NCBI GenBank assembly: GCA_964234715.1
Contig: OZ174275.1
Length of the DNA stretch: 64,000 nucleotides
DNA from: Podarcis melisellensis
Taxonomy: Eukaryota
Strand: one strand, 5' to 3'
Each line of letters begins with the position of its first letter. Positions within the stretch are counted from its first letter, which is position 1. A model generated the notes under the pieces. That model had not been told where the DNA came from and made no database searches. It saw only the letters and a list, made by a program, of their open reading frames with translations. Shown one piece after another: positions 62,061-64,000 of this stretch. Made by a program: the position numbers and the translations under genes.

Positions 62061-62372
62061 ATCACTCTGGAGATCATAGGCCTTTCTAGCTTGGATGACG
62101 TCATTCTGATCTGGAAGGCAGGTCCACTGGTGCAGATAATGACGGTAATCAATATCACTGACCAACTTCTGGCAATTCTTGGCGTGCAACACTTCCAGCA
62201 TGTCCACAGGGCTAATATACTTAGTCTTCCATTTCTCAAAGTCCTTCTTATACTCCCTCTCACTCTGCATTTTGGCTACATTCATAGAATGCACAAGTTT
62301 CGGGTCATCCTGCACACTGCGTGCTCCAATATGGTGGCCAAGCTGCTTGCGATAGCCTTCTTTGTATTTGTA
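62061..62372 (-). CDS. NEB: NEB exon 312 nt
   Basis: [16 protein letters not shown]...[10 protein letters not shown]; AG/GT. Confidence 0.96.
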
Positions 62373-63554
62373 CTGAAATAGATATACATGTGTAAGCCGT
62401 CTACCCATAAGAATATTCATCAGATAGCTGCATTGGAAAATCCCACATTCTGAGAGGATTGTGACAGTATTTTTCTCATCTAGATAGCATCTTTTGTCCC
62501 TATGCTTGTCCCTTCATCTTCCTATTTCATCATACATATTTTCTAATAATCTTTAAAGATTTTGTTCCTTTGGCAAGATAAGCTTTTTTTCTTCTTCAAT
62601 CCTTTATTATTCATGGATAGGAATGAAAAAGCTCTTTAGGTAGTTCCGATGTCTTAGGTAATACTTAAGCACCTCCCGCCATCTTTCCAGTTCAAAAACT
62701 ACTTTGCTATGTAGCGATCAAGTGGGGGCTTTCATGAACCACAAGTCCATGGTCCCTTGGAGATGCAGAGCTTGTTCACAGTTCCTTGAATCTCAGCTCT
62801 AAATTAATCCCAATATTTCCCCTGGATTTCATCTCTTTTTTTTCTTTTCTTTTTTAATCTATTATGCAGCTGCCTTCAAATATTTTTCCTTTCTTTTCCA
62901 GTAAGTTATAAAGAAACATAGTAAACACAAAGCAAAGAAACAAGGCTAACATCTGGCTAAGTCCATTTCACCACACTGTGAAAATGTCCAGTGGGTTGAT
63001 AACAGTTCCAAAATGGGAAGAAAAGACCAAGTTTCTGCTTGAATTATTATTTTCCTTCCCATAAATGTTTACAGTGAGTGATCCTATTGATTAATATTCC
63101 ACACAGTAAACATTTCCTGCTAATAATAGCTGAGCTGCAGTTAATACATAATTAACTTTGACTTTGAGTTTTCTTTTAACTTGCCCTTTCACTAACCATG
63201 AAATAATTGTTTCAGGGTTTCATTGTAGCTTGTATCATATTAAAACCCTGTGAAACATTACTGTCTTCCTATATCGTGCCTAGGACTCTCCTCATGCCAC
63301 TCTGCTTTCTATTTACTACATCTCCTCAGGTACCTTTTTCAATACTCTGTTCTTAATGCTACTAAAGAACCCTGTTCTTTTATCCCCATAATTCACAGAA
63401 TAAATTAGTCCCTTAACAAATGAAACCAAAATCGTGGAAGGAAATGTAGCTTCTCTCTAATACTGCCTAAAACATCCACCACAGTCACACATACTGTATA
63501 AATGCTTTCCCCTTTAAAAAAAAAAGCTATACATAGAGCATATTGGGTACACAC

Positions 63555-63662
63555 ATCACTGGCAATATTTCTGGAAGCCTTGGCAGCTTGAATTGGGATA
63601 GCATCCAAACGTAAGTCATAGCCATCCTTCTTTGCCTCCTCCATAGCAAGTCTGTATAATTT
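63555..63662 (-). CDS. NEB: NEB exon 108 nt
   Basis: [36 protein letters not shown]; AG/GT. Confidence 0.95.
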
Positions 63663-63943
63663 CTGTAAGGAAGAAGAACATGTTTACTTCATCGTTATCT
63701 ATGCCTGTGTCCTTCATGTCCACACACATAATTTTACATAACTGACAGAGGTGCAACAACTTGACTGTGCTGCACTTAAACAAAAAACTCCAGGGCAACT
63801 CTAGCCTACTGAGCCTCAACAAATCCAAGCCATCTGGTGACTATGGGGCTCACATCCCTTGCAAGAACCACAGACGTTGGCTGAAATATTTGCAATCTCC
63901 CTTGGTATGGAGGAACTCCTTTGTTTATCCAAGTGGCACTCAC

Positions 63944-64000
63944 CTGACTATAGTTTAGCTTGTTGAATTTTGACAGCATGATTTCAGGTGTATCAGGCAT
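63944..64000 (-). CDS. NEB: NEB exon (truncated by window edge)
   Basis: [19 protein letters not shown]|GTGAGT. Confidence 0.93.

Larger units (their letters stand above)
1236..64000 (-). other. NEB: Nebulin gene, internal portion (73 exons; gene continues beyond both window ends)
   Basis: Chain of phase-0 GT-AG exons encoding ~35-aa SDxxYK modules with a WLxGxGW motif every 7 modules; the peptides match recalled vertebrate nebulin in order. Confidence 0.98.

Noticed and set aside
178-63958. Most ORF-track entries (plus-strand ORFs and intronic extensions of minus-strand ORFs) as independent genes
   Set aside because: They are antisense shadows of NEB exons, read-through into introns, or repeat-derived. 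None shows coherent protein features.

Overview
Vertebrate genomic DNA, almost certainly from a squamate (probably a lacertid lizard, judging by the Sauria SINE, Squam3-like SINE and Penelope repeats). The window is an internal 64-kb slice of the nebulin gene (NEB) on the minus strand. I read 73 phase-0, GT-AG exons (one truncated at the window edge) encoding SDxxYK modules and WLKGIGW super-repeats. If the alternative pair at 19446/18700 is taken as human exons 143/144, the slice ends at about exon 158; all human comparisons are from memory and need checking by alignment. Main points: (1) an extra 99-nt nebulin-module exon (8040-8138) that I do not recall in human NEB, which may form an unrecognised mutually exclusive pair with exon 9967-10071; (2) an internal tandem duplication with patchy gene conversion (about 45.3-59.5 kb), in a register different from the human triplicate region; (3) the conserved 143/144 pair with UGCAUG motifs; (4) two Penelope-like insertions with minimal hammerhead ribozymes, intact in the antisense copy and G12-mutated in the copy oriented with the NEB pre-mRNA; (5) two tandemly duplicated 5' splice sites. 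Introns also hold SINEs, LINE fragments, MITEs, a solo LTR, microsatellites and two N gaps. There are no prokaryotic features or CRISPR arrays.
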